The notes under the pieces: generated by a model
What the model saw: only the letters and a program-made list of their open reading frames with translations
Told to the model about the DNA's origin: nothing
Databases searched by the model: none
From: Patescibacteria group bacterium
GTDB lineage: Bacteria; Patescibacteriota; Patescibacteriia; PEXW01
Direction: 5' to 3'
Length of the DNA stretch: 64,000 bases
Assembly (NCBI GenBank): GCA_038063455.1
Contig: JBBTVB010000002.1
Span: forward strand, 1,296 to 65,295
Shown: positions 7,672 through 17,572 of the stretch, in pieces
Position numbering within the stretch: the first letter of the stretch is position 1
How the letters are laid out: each line of letters starts with the position of its first letter
Program-made: the position numbers and the translations under genes

Positions 7672-10600
7672 ATGACCTACCTCTTTAAGTCGAACTGGCA
7701 TATGCCAAACCTTATCATCAAGAAGTCAACCAAACGCCGGGCGCTCAAGACCATTAACGTGATCTCGACCTTGGCCATTATTCTCAATACCGGGCTGGTT
7801 TCAGCCTTTATTAACCCGACTGCGGCGAGCGCTGCAGATACGGTGCTCAATTCGCCCAGTGAAAATATCGAAAACGCTAGCGGCGATTCATGGAACAATG
7901 CTAGTAGTGCCTATGCCAATGGTGGTGTAGCCGCAACTGATAGTAGCGGCGAACGACATCGATACTACAATTTCAATTTTTCAATCCCAAACGCTAGTTC
8001 AATAGACGGCATTTCGGTAAAGGCTGATGCCTGGTCTTCAGATTCATCCGGGTGCCAACTCGGGGTTGACCTCTCTTGGAACAGTGGATCAAGCTGGTCC
8101 AATGAAAAAACCCAAAACCTATCTGGGAACGAAGCTACGTACACCTTAGGTGGTAGCAGTGACAAATGGGGCAGCCATACATGGCAACCATCTGAATTTT
8201 CAAACGCCAACTTCCGGGTACGTGTCCGGGACATCGATCCTGGACAAAATTGTCAGGACAGCGCAACGACCAGCCTCGATTGGCTGCAGGCACAAATTCA
8301 CTACACCGAAGCGTCCGTTACCCCGACGCCGGTTGCAAACCCAGCCTTAGCCCAAACCTGCGGTTTGGATATTGGCTTGGTAGTCGACACATCTGGCAGC
8401 GTGAGTACCAGCGAAATGACGCAGATGAAAACTGCGCTGACGAACTTTACCAATGCTTTTGTCGGCACCCCAACCGTCTTTAGCTTGAGCTCGTTTGCCT
8501 TGGAATCGGTGGTGGAAAAGAATTTTTCCCGTACGCCTGCACAAATGGCCGCAGATATTAGCACGGACATCCCTGCTGATGGTGATGGATCGACGAACTG
8601 GGACGGCGGCTTAGCTCGTGGTTTCTCAACTTTTGACCCTCGCGCCGATAAAGCCAACCTCATCGTTATTGCCACAGATGGCAGCCCGAACCACTACGGC
8701 TACCCTGATGCTGTCCCAAGCGGCCCCGACCTTTGGGAAGAAGCATTGAACAAAGCAATCGAGCGTGCAAACGCAATTAAAACTGCGGGCACGCGAATTG
8801 TCGTGGTCGGCATCGGCGACGACAGCAGCGACCCATCGACCCCAGCCCAAAAGCTGGACAAAATGAAAGCCATTAGCGGCCCGAACGTTGCTACGGTACC
8901 TGCCAACATTACCACTAGCACCGACGTCATTAAGGTCACAAATTTTGACGACATTGGCGCGGCACTTTCGGCGTACGTCAAGCAGCTCTGCGGCGGCAAA
9001 ATCCTTGTGCAAAAACAGTTTGAAAACGATCCAAACGCAAGCCTTGCCGGCTACACTTTTGACGTGGATGGCAGCCCGAGCAACCCGGCAGCCCAGGTGA
9101 CCACTGCCACTGGCTCGCTCGCCTTCAACGACATGCTGAACGGCACTTACAGCGTTACGGAAACCGTGGTGCAACCAAATACCACGCTTGCCAGCGCAAC
9201 CTGTGTCAACGGTAACTCCCCCGTTGGTACACTCGACCTGAACGGCCGCACTATTAGCGGTTTGGCCATGGGCACGGACGACACCATTAGCTGTACCTTC
9301 GTCAACAAGCTGTTACCGCCACCAGACGGCACACTCAAGGTCAACAAGCAATTTGACGACAACGGCGATGGCCAAGTGGACCGCACAAACCCACAAGGCT
9401 GGACATGGGACATCACATCCGGCGACCAGAATATTGCCGGAGGTACCACCAAGACACTTACTGCCGGCAGCTATGGCGTGTCCGAAGACGCAATTGCGAA
9501 CTACACAGCAACCTGGTCGTGCAACAACCAGACCAGCGGCACCGGCACAAACTTCAACGTCACAGTGGTGGCTAATCAAGCCGTACAGTGCGCCTTCCTG
9601 AATACGCGCAACACCGGCCGCATTGTCTTTGACAAAGTGGTGGTTGGCGGCAGCGCACTGGACAGTGCTTTCACCTTTACGGTGAACGCGCAAAACTACA
9701 AAGATGGCGACGCTGCAACGTTCCTGACTGGCAGCTACCCATTGACCGAAGGCGCAGTGACCGGCTACACCCTCACAGGTGCCAGCGGCGCCTGCAGCCT
9801 GGGCCAGAACGGTGTGACGCTCAACGTCACCACCCAAGGCGGCACCTGCACCATTACCAACACCCGCGATACGGGTACGTTGATCGTGCACAAGGATGTG
9901 CTCAACCCTGACGGCGGCGCAGTTGCTGACACGCACAACTTTAGCGTGTTGCTCAACGCTGGCAACCAGAAGACCATTGCCGAGGGCACGGACGCAACCT
10001 ACAACAACCTCGACACCGGCACCTACACCATTGTGGAAAATGCCGACGGCGACTACACCTTTGTCAGCTACAGCGCGGATGGCGATGCCAACGTGGCGGG
10101 CGCACAGGTAACGGTCACCAAGGGCCAGACCACCCACCTCACGGTCACTAACAAGCAGAAGAAAGCCACTATCACCATCTACAAGAACGTCTTGAATGCC
10201 GCTGGTAACGAGGTGAGCGATGCAACAGCGTTTACCGTGCAGCGCACTGGCGGTAGCAACGGTAGCATTGCCGAGGGCGCCCCTTGGGCAGTCCAAGTTA
10301 ACCCTGGCACCTACACCTTTACCGAGGTTGCCAACAGCAACTACACCACCACCAGCACCAACCCGAAGCAGCTCACGGTGGGCAGCAACGGCACAGCCGA
10401 ATACACCTTTGTGAACAAGCAGAAGTCTTCTGGCATCAGCGGTAAGAAGTTCGAGGATGAAAACGGCAACGGCGTCCGCAACAACGGCGACGATGGCATG
10501 GATGACTGGAAGATCTACCTCGACCTCAACAACAATGACCAGTGGGACAATGGTGAACCCTACGACTGGACGGACAACAACGGCTACTACAGCTTCAGCA

Positions 10601-13428
10601 ACCTCAACGCTGGCACCTACACCGTGCGTGAAGTGCAGCAGAACGGCTGGCTCCAAACCGCACCGCAAGGTGGTGAATGGACCATCCAGCTCGCCGTCAA
10701 CCAGGAAGTAAGTGGTAAAGACTTCGGCAACTTCCAGCTCGGTAAAATCTGGGGCTACAAGTACGAAGACAAAGATGGCGACGGCAACGTGGACCAGAGC
10801 GACGTGAAGAAAGACGGTTGGACTATCTGCTTGAATGGTCCGTTGCAAAAATGTGTTGTCACTGGAGAAAACACCCAGGATCATAATTGGCCAGATGGCT
10901 ACTATGAATTCACCGGTCTTACCGCTGGCAACTACACCGTTACCGAGCAGCGCGCCACCGGCTGGTACGTCGTGGCCCCGCAACTTACGGGCTACAACGT
11001 AGCCATTGATTCCGGTGATGTTGAGCAGAAGAACTTCTTCAACTTCAAGGGTTTTGACCTGACCGTGAAGAAGCTCATTGACGGCGATGCCAGTTTGCAA
11101 ACCACCGGCGACCAAACACCAGGCCAAAACTGGGAAATCCAACTCTGGAAGAATGGGCAGCCATGCACAGTGCAGACCTGTGGTGACTTTACAAAGTACA
11201 CAGATCAAAACGGTACAGCCACCTGGACGAACTTGCCATACGGCGAGTACGAGGTAAAAGAAATTTTCAACGGCAACGAATGGCAAGCCCTGCTCTCGGA
11301 CAACATCACCGTGCCAAACTGGAGCGATGACGACAGCAGCAAGACGGTTGGCGAATTCGATGCAATGTCTGGTACAAACGTGGAAGTCACGTTTATTAAC
11401 TGGAAGCGCGCGCCGGTGAAGATTGCTGGATACAAGATCGTCTGTGAAAACGAATCTTATCTCCCCGATTGGGCATACCACAATGCGCCAGGCAGCATCA
11501 CTGCTTCCACTGCACAGAACTTCGTGAACTCTGTAAATGCACAATACGAACATAATGTGTGCGAACTAGTCCCGGACTGGAACTTCCAGTGGGGTTTTAG
11601 TGACCAGGTCGGCAACCCGGGTGACAACACCCCCGAAGCCGCGGCCAACTGGCACACCTTTGCCGCAAATGGCACGCCGGTAACCATTGATGCCTTCACC
11701 GGCACCAAGAACCTGCGCGTCCGCGAAGTGTGGAATGACCTGCACATCCCCTTCGACGGCACCATCAACCCGAAAAGCGTCAAGATCGGCGCTGAGTTCT
11801 ACTGCGGCACAGACATTAAGAACTTTGACAACTACGAGTACGTAGATGGCGTGCAGTACGGTTTGAATGGCAGCCAGCCGACGTACTACTGCGTAGCCTT
11901 CAATGTTCGCCAGACCGGAACTGTGACTGTGCATAAAAACTTTGATGATAACGGTGATGGTGAGATTGACCGTGTTAATCCCGAAGAATGGACTTGGGAC
12001 GTCGTTGATGGTCAACAGAACAATGTTGGTAGTGCGACGCTAACCCTGCCTACAGGCAATTACAGTCTTTCTGAAGATGTTATCGCGGGCTACTCCACAA
12101 CCTGGAGCTGCACAAACGAAACTACGGGCCAAGGTACGGTTATTCCAGTGGCGGTAGGTTACAACCAAAATGTTACGTGTACATTCACGAACACCTTACC
12201 GAAATTAACAATTACCAAAACTGCTAACCCTGCGGTCGTCAACGGCAACCAAGACGTGACTTACACAGTCATCTGGTCGGTCGCTGGAGCCAAAGCCACC
12301 GATGTGGTGGTTACTGACCCCATTCCAGCCAACACCAGCTTCGTCTCCATGAGCTGCACAGGCACCGTAGGTACCTGCACCACCAGCACCACTGGCACGC
12401 CAGTGAGCTCGGTCAGCTGGAACCTCGGTACCCGTAACCCAGGCGAAAACGGCACACTCGTGCTCGTGGTAAAGACTGCGGTTTCGGTGCCGAATGGCTC
12501 GGTTATTCCGAACATTGCCAATATCAAGAGCGCCGAAGTTGACCCGGTATTTGCTCAAGCCGACGTGAAGGCTGCAACTGCTCCGGTGCTGCAAATTACC
12601 AAGACTGGCAGCGCAACAATCGTAAACCCCGGCGACCCGCTTACCTACACCGTCAAGGTGAAGAACGTGGGCACAGACACCGCCGTGAACGCCGTGGCAA
12701 CGGATACTCTCCCAGCCGGCTTCAGCTTTGTTAGCACCAGCCCGGTCGCCAACAGCATTGTTGGGCAGACAGCCACCTGGAATTTGGGCAACATGATTGT
12801 GGGCCAGGAAGTAACGCTTACCTACACCGTGAACGTTGCGCCAGGCACCACGGCCGGTGTCTACGACAACATTGCCAAAGCAAAGGCAGACAACGCGCCG
12901 GAAGTGAGCACCAAAGTGCCGGTAACCACCCGCGTACCACAAGTCTTGGGTGAAACCACCAGCCCGGTGTTAGAAATTTCCAAGAGCGTTAATAAGAAAG
13001 CCGTTACGCCTGGTACGGTTGTTACCTACACCGTTAAGGTAAAAAACAGCGGCACGGGCAGCGCGATCAATGTCGTGCTTCAGGATATCCTGCCACTCGG
13101 CTTTACCTTCGATGGCACCAGCAACACCAGCCAATCTTGGAACCTCGGCAACATTGCCGTCGGTGAAACCAAGACGGTGAGCTACAAGGTAAAGGTTGGT
13201 TCCAGCGTGCCAAACGGCGCGTACGAAAATCTAGCGCTGGCCACTGCAGACAACCACGGCAAAGTGACGGCTACTGCGCCGGTCCAAGTGAAACGCGGCC
13301 GCGTGCTTGGTGCCACAGTGGATACCGGGGCCGGTATTGCTGACTACGCCATTGCAGCCAGCGGTCTGGGACTCATTATCCTGGGCTACGTTATCACCCG
13401 CCGCAAGAACGGTAACATAACCGCTTAA
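7672..13428 (+). CDS. giant cell-surface protein (VWA + SdrD-B/Cna-B-like + DUF11 repeats) with C-terminal membrane anchor
   Basis: 1918 aa. N-terminal signal/TM segment. VWA MIDAS motif DTSGS in GLDIGLVVDTSGSVS. Ca-binding SdrD-B-like blocks (FEDENGNGVRNNGDDG, YEDKDGDGNVDQSD). Three DUF11-like repeats (L.ITKT...TYTV.V.N.G). C-terminal hydrophobic helix followed by RRKNG. The alternative start at 7702 (MPNL) is possible. Confidence 0.9.
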   Translation: MTYLFKSNWHMPNLIIKKSTKRRALKTINVISTLAIILNTGLVSAFINPTAASAADTVLNSPSENIENASGDSWNNASSAYANGGVAATDSSGERHRYYNFNFSIPNASSIDGISVKADAWSSDSSGCQLGVDLSWNSGSSWSNEKTQNLSGNEATYTLGGSSDKWGSHTWQPSEFSNANFRVRVRDIDPGQNCQDSATTSLDWLQAQIHYTEASVTPTPVANPALAQTCGLDIGLVVDTSGSVSTSEMTQMKTALTNFTNAFVGTPTVFSLSSFALESVVEKNFSRTPAQMAADISTDIPADGDGSTNWDGGLARGFSTFDPRADKANLIVIATDGSPNHYGYPDAVPSGPDLWEEALNKAIERANAIKTAGTRIVVVGIGDDSSDPSTPAQKLDKMKAISGPNVATVPANITTSTDVIKVTNFDDIGAALSAYVKQLCGGKILVQKQFENDPNASLAGYTFDVDGSPSNPAAQVTTATGSLAFNDMLNGTYSVTETVVQPNTTLASATCVNGNSPVGTLDLNGRTISGLAMGTDDTISCTFVNKLLPPPDGTLKVNKQFDDNGDGQVDRTNPQGWTWDITSGDQNIAGGTTKTLTAGSYGVSEDAIANYTATWSCNNQTSGTGTNFNVTVVANQAVQCAFLNTRNTGRIVFDKVVVGGSALDSAFTFTVNAQNYKDGDAATFLTGSYPLTEGAVTGYTLTGASGACSLGQNGVTLNVTTQGGTCTITNTRDTGTLIVHKDVLNPDGGAVADTHNFSVLLNAGNQKTIAEGTDATYNNLDTGTYTIVENADGDYTFVSYSADGDANVAGAQVTVTKGQTTHLTVTNKQKKATITIYKNVLNAAGNEVSDATAFTVQRTGGSNGSIAEGAPWAVQVNPGTYTFTEVANSNYTTTSTNPKQLTVGSNGTAEYTFVNKQKSSGISGKKFEDENGNGVRNNGDDGMDDWKIYLDLNNNDQWDNGEPYDWTDNNGYYSFSNLNAGTYTVREVQQNGWLQTAPQGGEWTIQLAVNQEVSGKDFGNFQLGKIWGYKYEDKDGDGNVDQSDVKKDGWTICLNGPLQKCVVTGENTQDHNWPDGYYEFTGLTAGNYTVTEQRATGWYVVAPQLTGYNVAIDSGDVEQKNFFNFKGFDLTVKKLIDGDASLQTTGDQTPGQNWEIQLWKNGQPCTVQTCGDFTKYTDQNGTATWTNLPYGEYEVKEIFNGNEWQALLSDNITVPNWSDDDSSKTVGEFDAMSGTNVEVTFINWKRAPVKIAGYKIVCENESYLPDWAYHNAPGSITASTAQNFVNSVNAQYEHNVCELVPDWNFQWGFSDQVGNPGDNTPEAAANWHTFAANGTPVTIDAFTGTKNLRVREVWNDLHIPFDGTINPKSVKIGAEFYCGTDIKNFDNYEYVDGVQYGLNGSQPTYYCVAFNVRQTGTVTVHKNFDDNGDGEIDRVNPEEWTWDVVDGQQNNVGSATLTLPTGNYSLSEDVIAGYSTTWSCTNETTGQGTVIPVAVGYNQNVTCTFTNTLPKLTITKTANPAVVNGNQDVTYTVIWSVAGAKATDVVVTDPIPANTSFVSMSCTGTVGTCTTSTTGTPVSSVSWNLGTRNPGENGTLVLVVKTAVSVPNGSVIPNIANIKSAEVDPVFAQADVKAATAPVLQITKTGSATIVNPGDPLTYTVKVKNVGTDTAVNAVATDTLPAGFSFVSTSPVANSIVGQTATWNLGNMIVGQEVTLTYTVNVAPGTTAGVYDNIAKAKADNAPEVSTKVPVTTRVPQVLGETTSPVLEISKSVNKKAVTPGTVVTYTVKVKNSGTGSAINVVLQDILPLGFTFDGTSNTSQSWNLGNIAVGETKTVSYKVKVGSSVPNGAYENLALATADNHGKVTATAPVQVKRGRVLGATVDTGAGIADYAIAASGLGLIILGYVITRRKNGNITA

Positions 13429-13434
13429 GTACGA

Positions 13435-14193
13435 ATGGTTGATCTGATTCCAGATCGCCCAACCGGGAAACGTGTTACCCACTCGCCGCCCTGCACACCA
13501 GCGGGGCGGCGAGTGCATGGTGTGCGTGCTGCAGGCTTCCTGATTATTGGCGTCGGCATTGTTGTGCTCTCTTTCCCCTTGTGGCCAATTATCCGCTACA
13601 AACTGGCAGGCCCTATAAGCACGCCCGAAGAGCCAGTCTTCCCCTACGAAAGCAATTTAATTGCGGCGGACGGCACTGTTGCCGTGCCGACAGCAGACAA
13701 CCCACTGCAAGTACTCACTAATGTGAAGCAGGCACTTAATGTGCCGGTACAGGCCCCCAAACGGGCCAAGGCCAAAGTACTTAAAAAAACCCGACCCGCA
13801 GATAACCGTCTGGTTATACCTAAAATTGGCGTTAACCTGCCTATTGTGGAAGGCACGGACAGCGAAGACGCACTTTGGAAAGGCGCCTGGCGAGTGGCGG
13901 ACTCTTCTAACCCCAAAGAAGGCGGCAACACTGTACTCTCTGCCCATCGCTTTCGCTACCGTCCGCCGTCGAACCTGACGCTATATTTGCTGGACCAGGT
14001 GAAGCCTGGCGATATTATGATTGTCTACTGGGAAGGCAAAGAATACGACTACCGGGTGGGGAAAACGAAAATTGTGCCGCGCGAGAACACGGATATTGCC
14101 GAGCCGACACTGGTACCACAGCTTACGGTTTTTACCTGCCATCCATTATTTTCGACCAAAGAACGACTGGTGGTGGTTGGGGAGCTTATATAA
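13435..14193 (+). CDS. sortase-family transpeptidase
   Basis: N-terminal TM helix. Catalytic His in NTVLSAHRF, Cys in LTVFTCHP (TLxTC-like) and Arg in ERLVVVG. It begins 7 nt after the giant gene. Confidence 0.85.
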   Translation: MVDLIPDRPTGKRVTHSPPCTPAGRRVHGVRAAGFLIIGVGIVVLSFPLWPIIRYKLAGPISTPEEPVFPYESNLIAADGTVAVPTADNPLQVLTNVKQALNVPVQAPKRAKAKVLKKTRPADNRLVIPKIGVNLPIVEGTDSEDALWKGAWRVADSSNPKEGGNTVLSAHRFRYRPPSNLTLYLLDQVKPGDIMIVYWEGKEYDYRVGKTKIVPRENTDIAEPTLVPQLTVFTCHPLFSTKERLVVVGELI

Positions 14194-14263
14194 AACTTTG
14201 ACCAGCGCAGGCACGGAGACCAGCGCTTGGCATTTGGGACTATAATAGCTTGCATATGAACAA

Positions 14264-14303
14264 TTCGTATTTCGTAAATTCGTATCTTTTTTCGTAATTC
14301 GTA
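14264..14303. promoter_or_regulatory. TTCGTA hexamer array (5 copies) upstream of the CAP-domain gene promoter
   Basis: TTCGTA at 14264, 14271, 14279, 14291 and 14298. It ends 14 nt before the -35 TTGACT at 14317. Confidence 0.5.
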
Positions 14304-14348
14304 ACCTCTGCTATACTTGACTTTCCCGAGCAATTGTGATACAGTGCA

Positions 14349-15785
14349 ATGTTTATGAATACACTTACGGGCAAGAAAAAACTCCACCACCGCATCGCGC
14401 ACCATGCCAAGCACTGGTTTATTCCGCACGCCGGGAATGACCACCGGCCGCATGCGCTGCGGCCGCGCGCGCTCAAGACGTATGCGTACGTCATTATCAC
14501 AGCCAAAGTGGCTAGTGCGGCCTTCTTATTCATTGCTTTCCCAAACGAAGCCAAGTACGCCGCCTATACAGCCAATACGATTGTCAGTTTTACCAATGAG
14601 TCACGGCAAAAAAATGGCGTGAGTACGCTCCAGGCCAACTCCTTGCTCAACGAAGCGGCAACCCGCAAAGCCAAGGACATGCTCTCGCGCAACTACTTTG
14701 CGCACACCACCCCAGACGGCAAGCGCTTTTGGACCTGGATTGACGCCACGGGCTACAACTACACGCTCGCTGGCGAAAACCTGGCCGTTGATTTTACCTC
14801 GCCAGAATCCGCGCACGAAGCCCTCATGGCCAGCCCTACGCACCGCGAGAATATTCTCAACAAGCGCTACAAAGAAATTGGCGTCGCCGTAGTCACCGGC
14901 AAAATGGGTGGGGTGGAAACGACGGTGCTGGTAGAAATGTACGGCACGCAAGCGCCGAAAAAAACCACAACGGCGAAAGTTGTGGCCGCCAAGCCAAAGC
15001 CTACCACCAGCAAACCAACCAACACCCCCGCGAAGCCGGTAGCAAAACCTGCCCCGACCAAGCCGCAAGTGCAAGCTGGCCAAACGCCGAAGCCCAAAGG
15101 GAGCGTCACGCAGCAGAGTCTGGATCGACTCACCCTTACCACGGGCGGTACCGCCGACGTGTGGGCAGAATTTAAAAACACTGGCGAGCAGACCTGGAAA
15201 GCCGGTACGGTTACACTGGTTACCGAGCCCAGTGGCCGCGCATCGAGCTTTACCGATGCTTCATGGAGCAGCACCAGCACCGTGAGTACACTCGGAGAAG
15301 ACGTTTCCCCGCAAGAAGTGGTTCGGGTTGAGTTCAAAATTTCTGCCACCACCGTGGCAACCGAGGCACCAGAAAGCTTTGCACTCACCGATGCGAGCGG
15401 AACCATTCCTGGCACCACCCTTACCCTGGCACTCGCCGTGGCTACGCCGACAGCAGTCGCCACTAGCGAGCCAACGCCAACCCAAACCGACCTCACCAAG
15501 CCGGATACCGCCGTACCCACACCTGAGCCAACCCCCCAGACGATCCGCGGAACATACACCAGCTTGGTAAGCCTCGTAGCCGGTTTCGGCAACCGCTTTT
15601 TCCTGGCCATCCTATTCTTCCTGGTGCTGGCCCTGCTGATCAACATCTTCGTCAAGGTCCGCATCCAACACGCCCACGTCATTGGCCAAAGCATCGCAGT
15701 CATTGCCCTGGCTGCTACGGCACTTCTGCTTAAGTCCCACTTCCTCGAGAACATTGCCTCTGCTGTCCGGGTGCTGGGAGTTTAG
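14349..15785 (+). CDS. CAP/SCP (YkwD-like) domain protein with Pro/Thr-rich linker and C-terminal TM helices
   Basis: CAP-like block NYFAHTTPDGKRFW...GENLA...SPTHRENIL...YKEIGVAV. The promoter TTGACT-17-TACAGT ends at 14345, so the ATG at 14355 may be the real, near-leaderless start. Confidence 0.8.
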   Translation: MFMNTLTGKKKLHHRIAHHAKHWFIPHAGNDHRPHALRPRALKTYAYVIITAKVASAAFLFIAFPNEAKYAAYTANTIVSFTNESRQKNGVSTLQANSLLNEAATRKAKDMLSRNYFAHTTPDGKRFWTWIDATGYNYTLAGENLAVDFTSPESAHEALMASPTHRENILNKRYKEIGVAVVTGKMGGVETTVLVEMYGTQAPKKTTTAKVVAAKPKPTTSKPTNTPAKPVAKPAPTKPQVQAGQTPKPKGSVTQQSLDRLTLTTGGTADVWAEFKNTGEQTWKAGTVTLVTEPSGRASSFTDASWSSTSTVSTLGEDVSPQEVVRVEFKISATTVATEAPESFALTDASGTIPGTTLTLALAVATPTAVATSEPTPTQTDLTKPDTAVPTPEPTPQTIRGTYTSLVSLVAGFGNRFFLAILFFLVLALLINIFVKVRIQHAHVIGQSIAVIALAATALLLKSHFLENIASAVRVLGV

Positions 15786-16086
15786 CTTTGACCAATTCCT
15801 TTGGTTTTGCTAGAATGCAAGCACTGTAAAAGTAAAAATACACCCCCAAAGATTGCCCATTCTGTAGGAGGGATGGCCGAAAATGTTTACCATCGGCCTT
15901 GACATCTGCGCTCCTTTGTTTTGTAAGTAGTATTTTTTCCTGCCACGTGCAGGACACACCCCAAAAATGCCCAAAATATAGGGCTAGTAGCGAAGAGAAA
16001 TTATTTCAAGAAATCCAACCCTTACCTAGGGTTTTCTGATTTTGGAACAATTTTTCCCCACTACTAGCCTTTTCTTTTTCCTGCAT

Positions 16087-17397
16087 ATGCCTAACCTCCG
16101 CAAAGCTACACTCGCCTTTCTCGTCCTGGTCGGTCTTGGCCTCTGGACCGCCCAACCTGCATTTGCCGCCGAGCCCACCCTCACGGCCCTAACCCTTACG
16201 CCTGGGGCTGCAAGTCTGACTACAGACCAAACCACAACCTTTACCCTAACGGGCACGTACAGCGACGCCAGCACCAAGAATGTGACCGAATTGGCCGCCT
16301 GGAACCCCAATGGCGCGGGTTTTACGGGTATCCCTAGCCAGAAGGGCGCATTTACTGCCGTGGCCATTGGTACCTGGACAGTAACCGCAAGCCTGGAAGG
16401 TATATCGGCCTCGGCCACAGTAACAATTACCCATGGGCTACCAGTGGCGCTCAATTTGATGCCCACACCCGAAACGGTTACGACCGATACTATTACCCCT
16501 TTGCGCCTCTTTGCCATTGACGCCGACGGGAATGGCTGGGATGTGACGAGTGAAGCAACCTGGGCCACCAGTGAACCAACCGGCAAGGTAACCGTGTCAG
16601 GATACGCACCAGCTGTTCCTGGCAGCTGGACAGTTACCGCTACACTCGGCAGTTTGCAGGCCACCAGGACTTTTATGGTGACACCTGGCGTTGTGCAAGA
16701 TTTCAACATTACCCCAACAACCCCGCAAACCGTGAAGGTGGGTGGCGTTGCTCAGCTGCAAGCCACGGCCTATGACGCAGATGGCAACCTGCTTGATCCG
16801 GTAGTCACGTGGTCCGTAACCAACCCAAATATTGGAACTGTGGATGCAACTGGACTGTTCACTGCCAAGAGCGCAGGCCAAACCAATGTTATTGCCTTGG
16901 CTGGAAATACCCAGAGCATCACTCCTATCATTGTGCAGGGCGAAGAACTGGATGCAGAGAGCGACCCGGAAATTGTTGCTGTGGCAAAGCCGGTGGCCAC
17001 CCCACGCACGCCCCGTGTCGCTGCGGAAGAAATTGAAAAGCAGCCAGAGGTAAGCACCCAAACCCCTGCGCCTATTTCGACTGCTGCAACAGATTCGAAA
17101 GGTAATAATACACTTTCCCACGCCTGGATTATTACGCTCTTGATTGCGCACGGTATTTTGCTGGCGGGCTACTTTATGTGGCTCATGCGCCAAAAGAAGA
17201 GTTGGTGGTGGGCACCCCCGGCCGGCCTCACTGGTGTGATGCTCGCGGTCTACGCACTGGCCGTTGCAAAAAATACCTACCTGTGGTGGCCGTGGACTAT
17301 CATTGGCATAAGCGTTGTCTTTATTAGTGTGTACTACCAACGCTTTAGCCCGCACGAAGCAAGCCCGGGTAACACCAGCCCACCAACCACAAGTTAA
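16087..17397 (+). CDS. Big_2 (bacterial Ig-like) repeat surface protein with C-terminal TM helices
   Basis: Start moved to MPNLRKATLAFLVLVGLGLWTAQPAFA, a signal peptide. Several repeats of L.(L/I)TP......T..L.ATA.DADGN type. Confidence 0.75.
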   Translation: MPNLRKATLAFLVLVGLGLWTAQPAFAAEPTLTALTLTPGAASLTTDQTTTFTLTGTYSDASTKNVTELAAWNPNGAGFTGIPSQKGAFTAVAIGTWTVTASLEGISASATVTITHGLPVALNLMPTPETVTTDTITPLRLFAIDADGNGWDVTSEATWATSEPTGKVTVSGYAPAVPGSWTVTATLGSLQATRTFMVTPGVVQDFNITPTTPQTVKVGGVAQLQATAYDADGNLLDPVVTWSVTNPNIGTVDATGLFTAKSAGQTNVIALAGNTQSITPIIVQGEELDAESDPEIVAVAKPVATPRTPRVAAEEIEKQPEVSTQTPAPISTAATDSKGNNTLSHAWIITLLIAHGILLAGYFMWLMRQKKSWWWAPPAGLTGVMLAVYALAVAKNTYLWWPWTIIGISVVFISVYYQRFSPHEASPGNTSPPTTS

Positions 17398-17410
17398 TGC
17401 CTCAAACAAA

Positions 17411-17434
17411 GCTCCGCTAAACAGCGGGGCTTTT
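17411..17434 (+). terminator. rho-independent terminator
   Basis: GCTCCGCT-AAAC-AGCGGGGC stem followed by TTTT. Confidence 0.7.
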
Positions 17435-17456
17435 AAAACGCCCTTGTTTTCCTTTA

Positions 17457-17560
17457 CCCCTCCTGCGCCTCCCCTTTGAAAGGGGAGGATATTTATAGTG
17501 CATGCGAACTATCCCCTCCTCTCGGAGGAGGGGTGCCGAACCCGCAAGGGTGAGGCGGGG
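17457..17560 (+). repeat. CCTCC/GGAGG multi-hairpin intergenic repeat, copy 1
   Basis: Closing stem CCCCTCCT/AGGCGGGG. It encloses hairpin A (CCTCCCCTTTGAAAGGGGAGG), an AT-rich spacer, hairpin B (TCCCCTCCTCTCGGAGGAGGGGTG) and a small hairpin C. Confidence 0.75.
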
Positions 17561-17572
17561 CGGTTCTAAAAT

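Noticed and set aside
9313-11553. 746-aa antisense ORF inside the giant surface-protein gene, with many shorter ones between 7.9 and 13.5 kb.
   Set aside because: These are shadow ORFs on the opposite strand of a long, compositionally biased, repeat-rich gene. The translation is low-complexity (V/A/G/H-rich) with no motifs and no start context.
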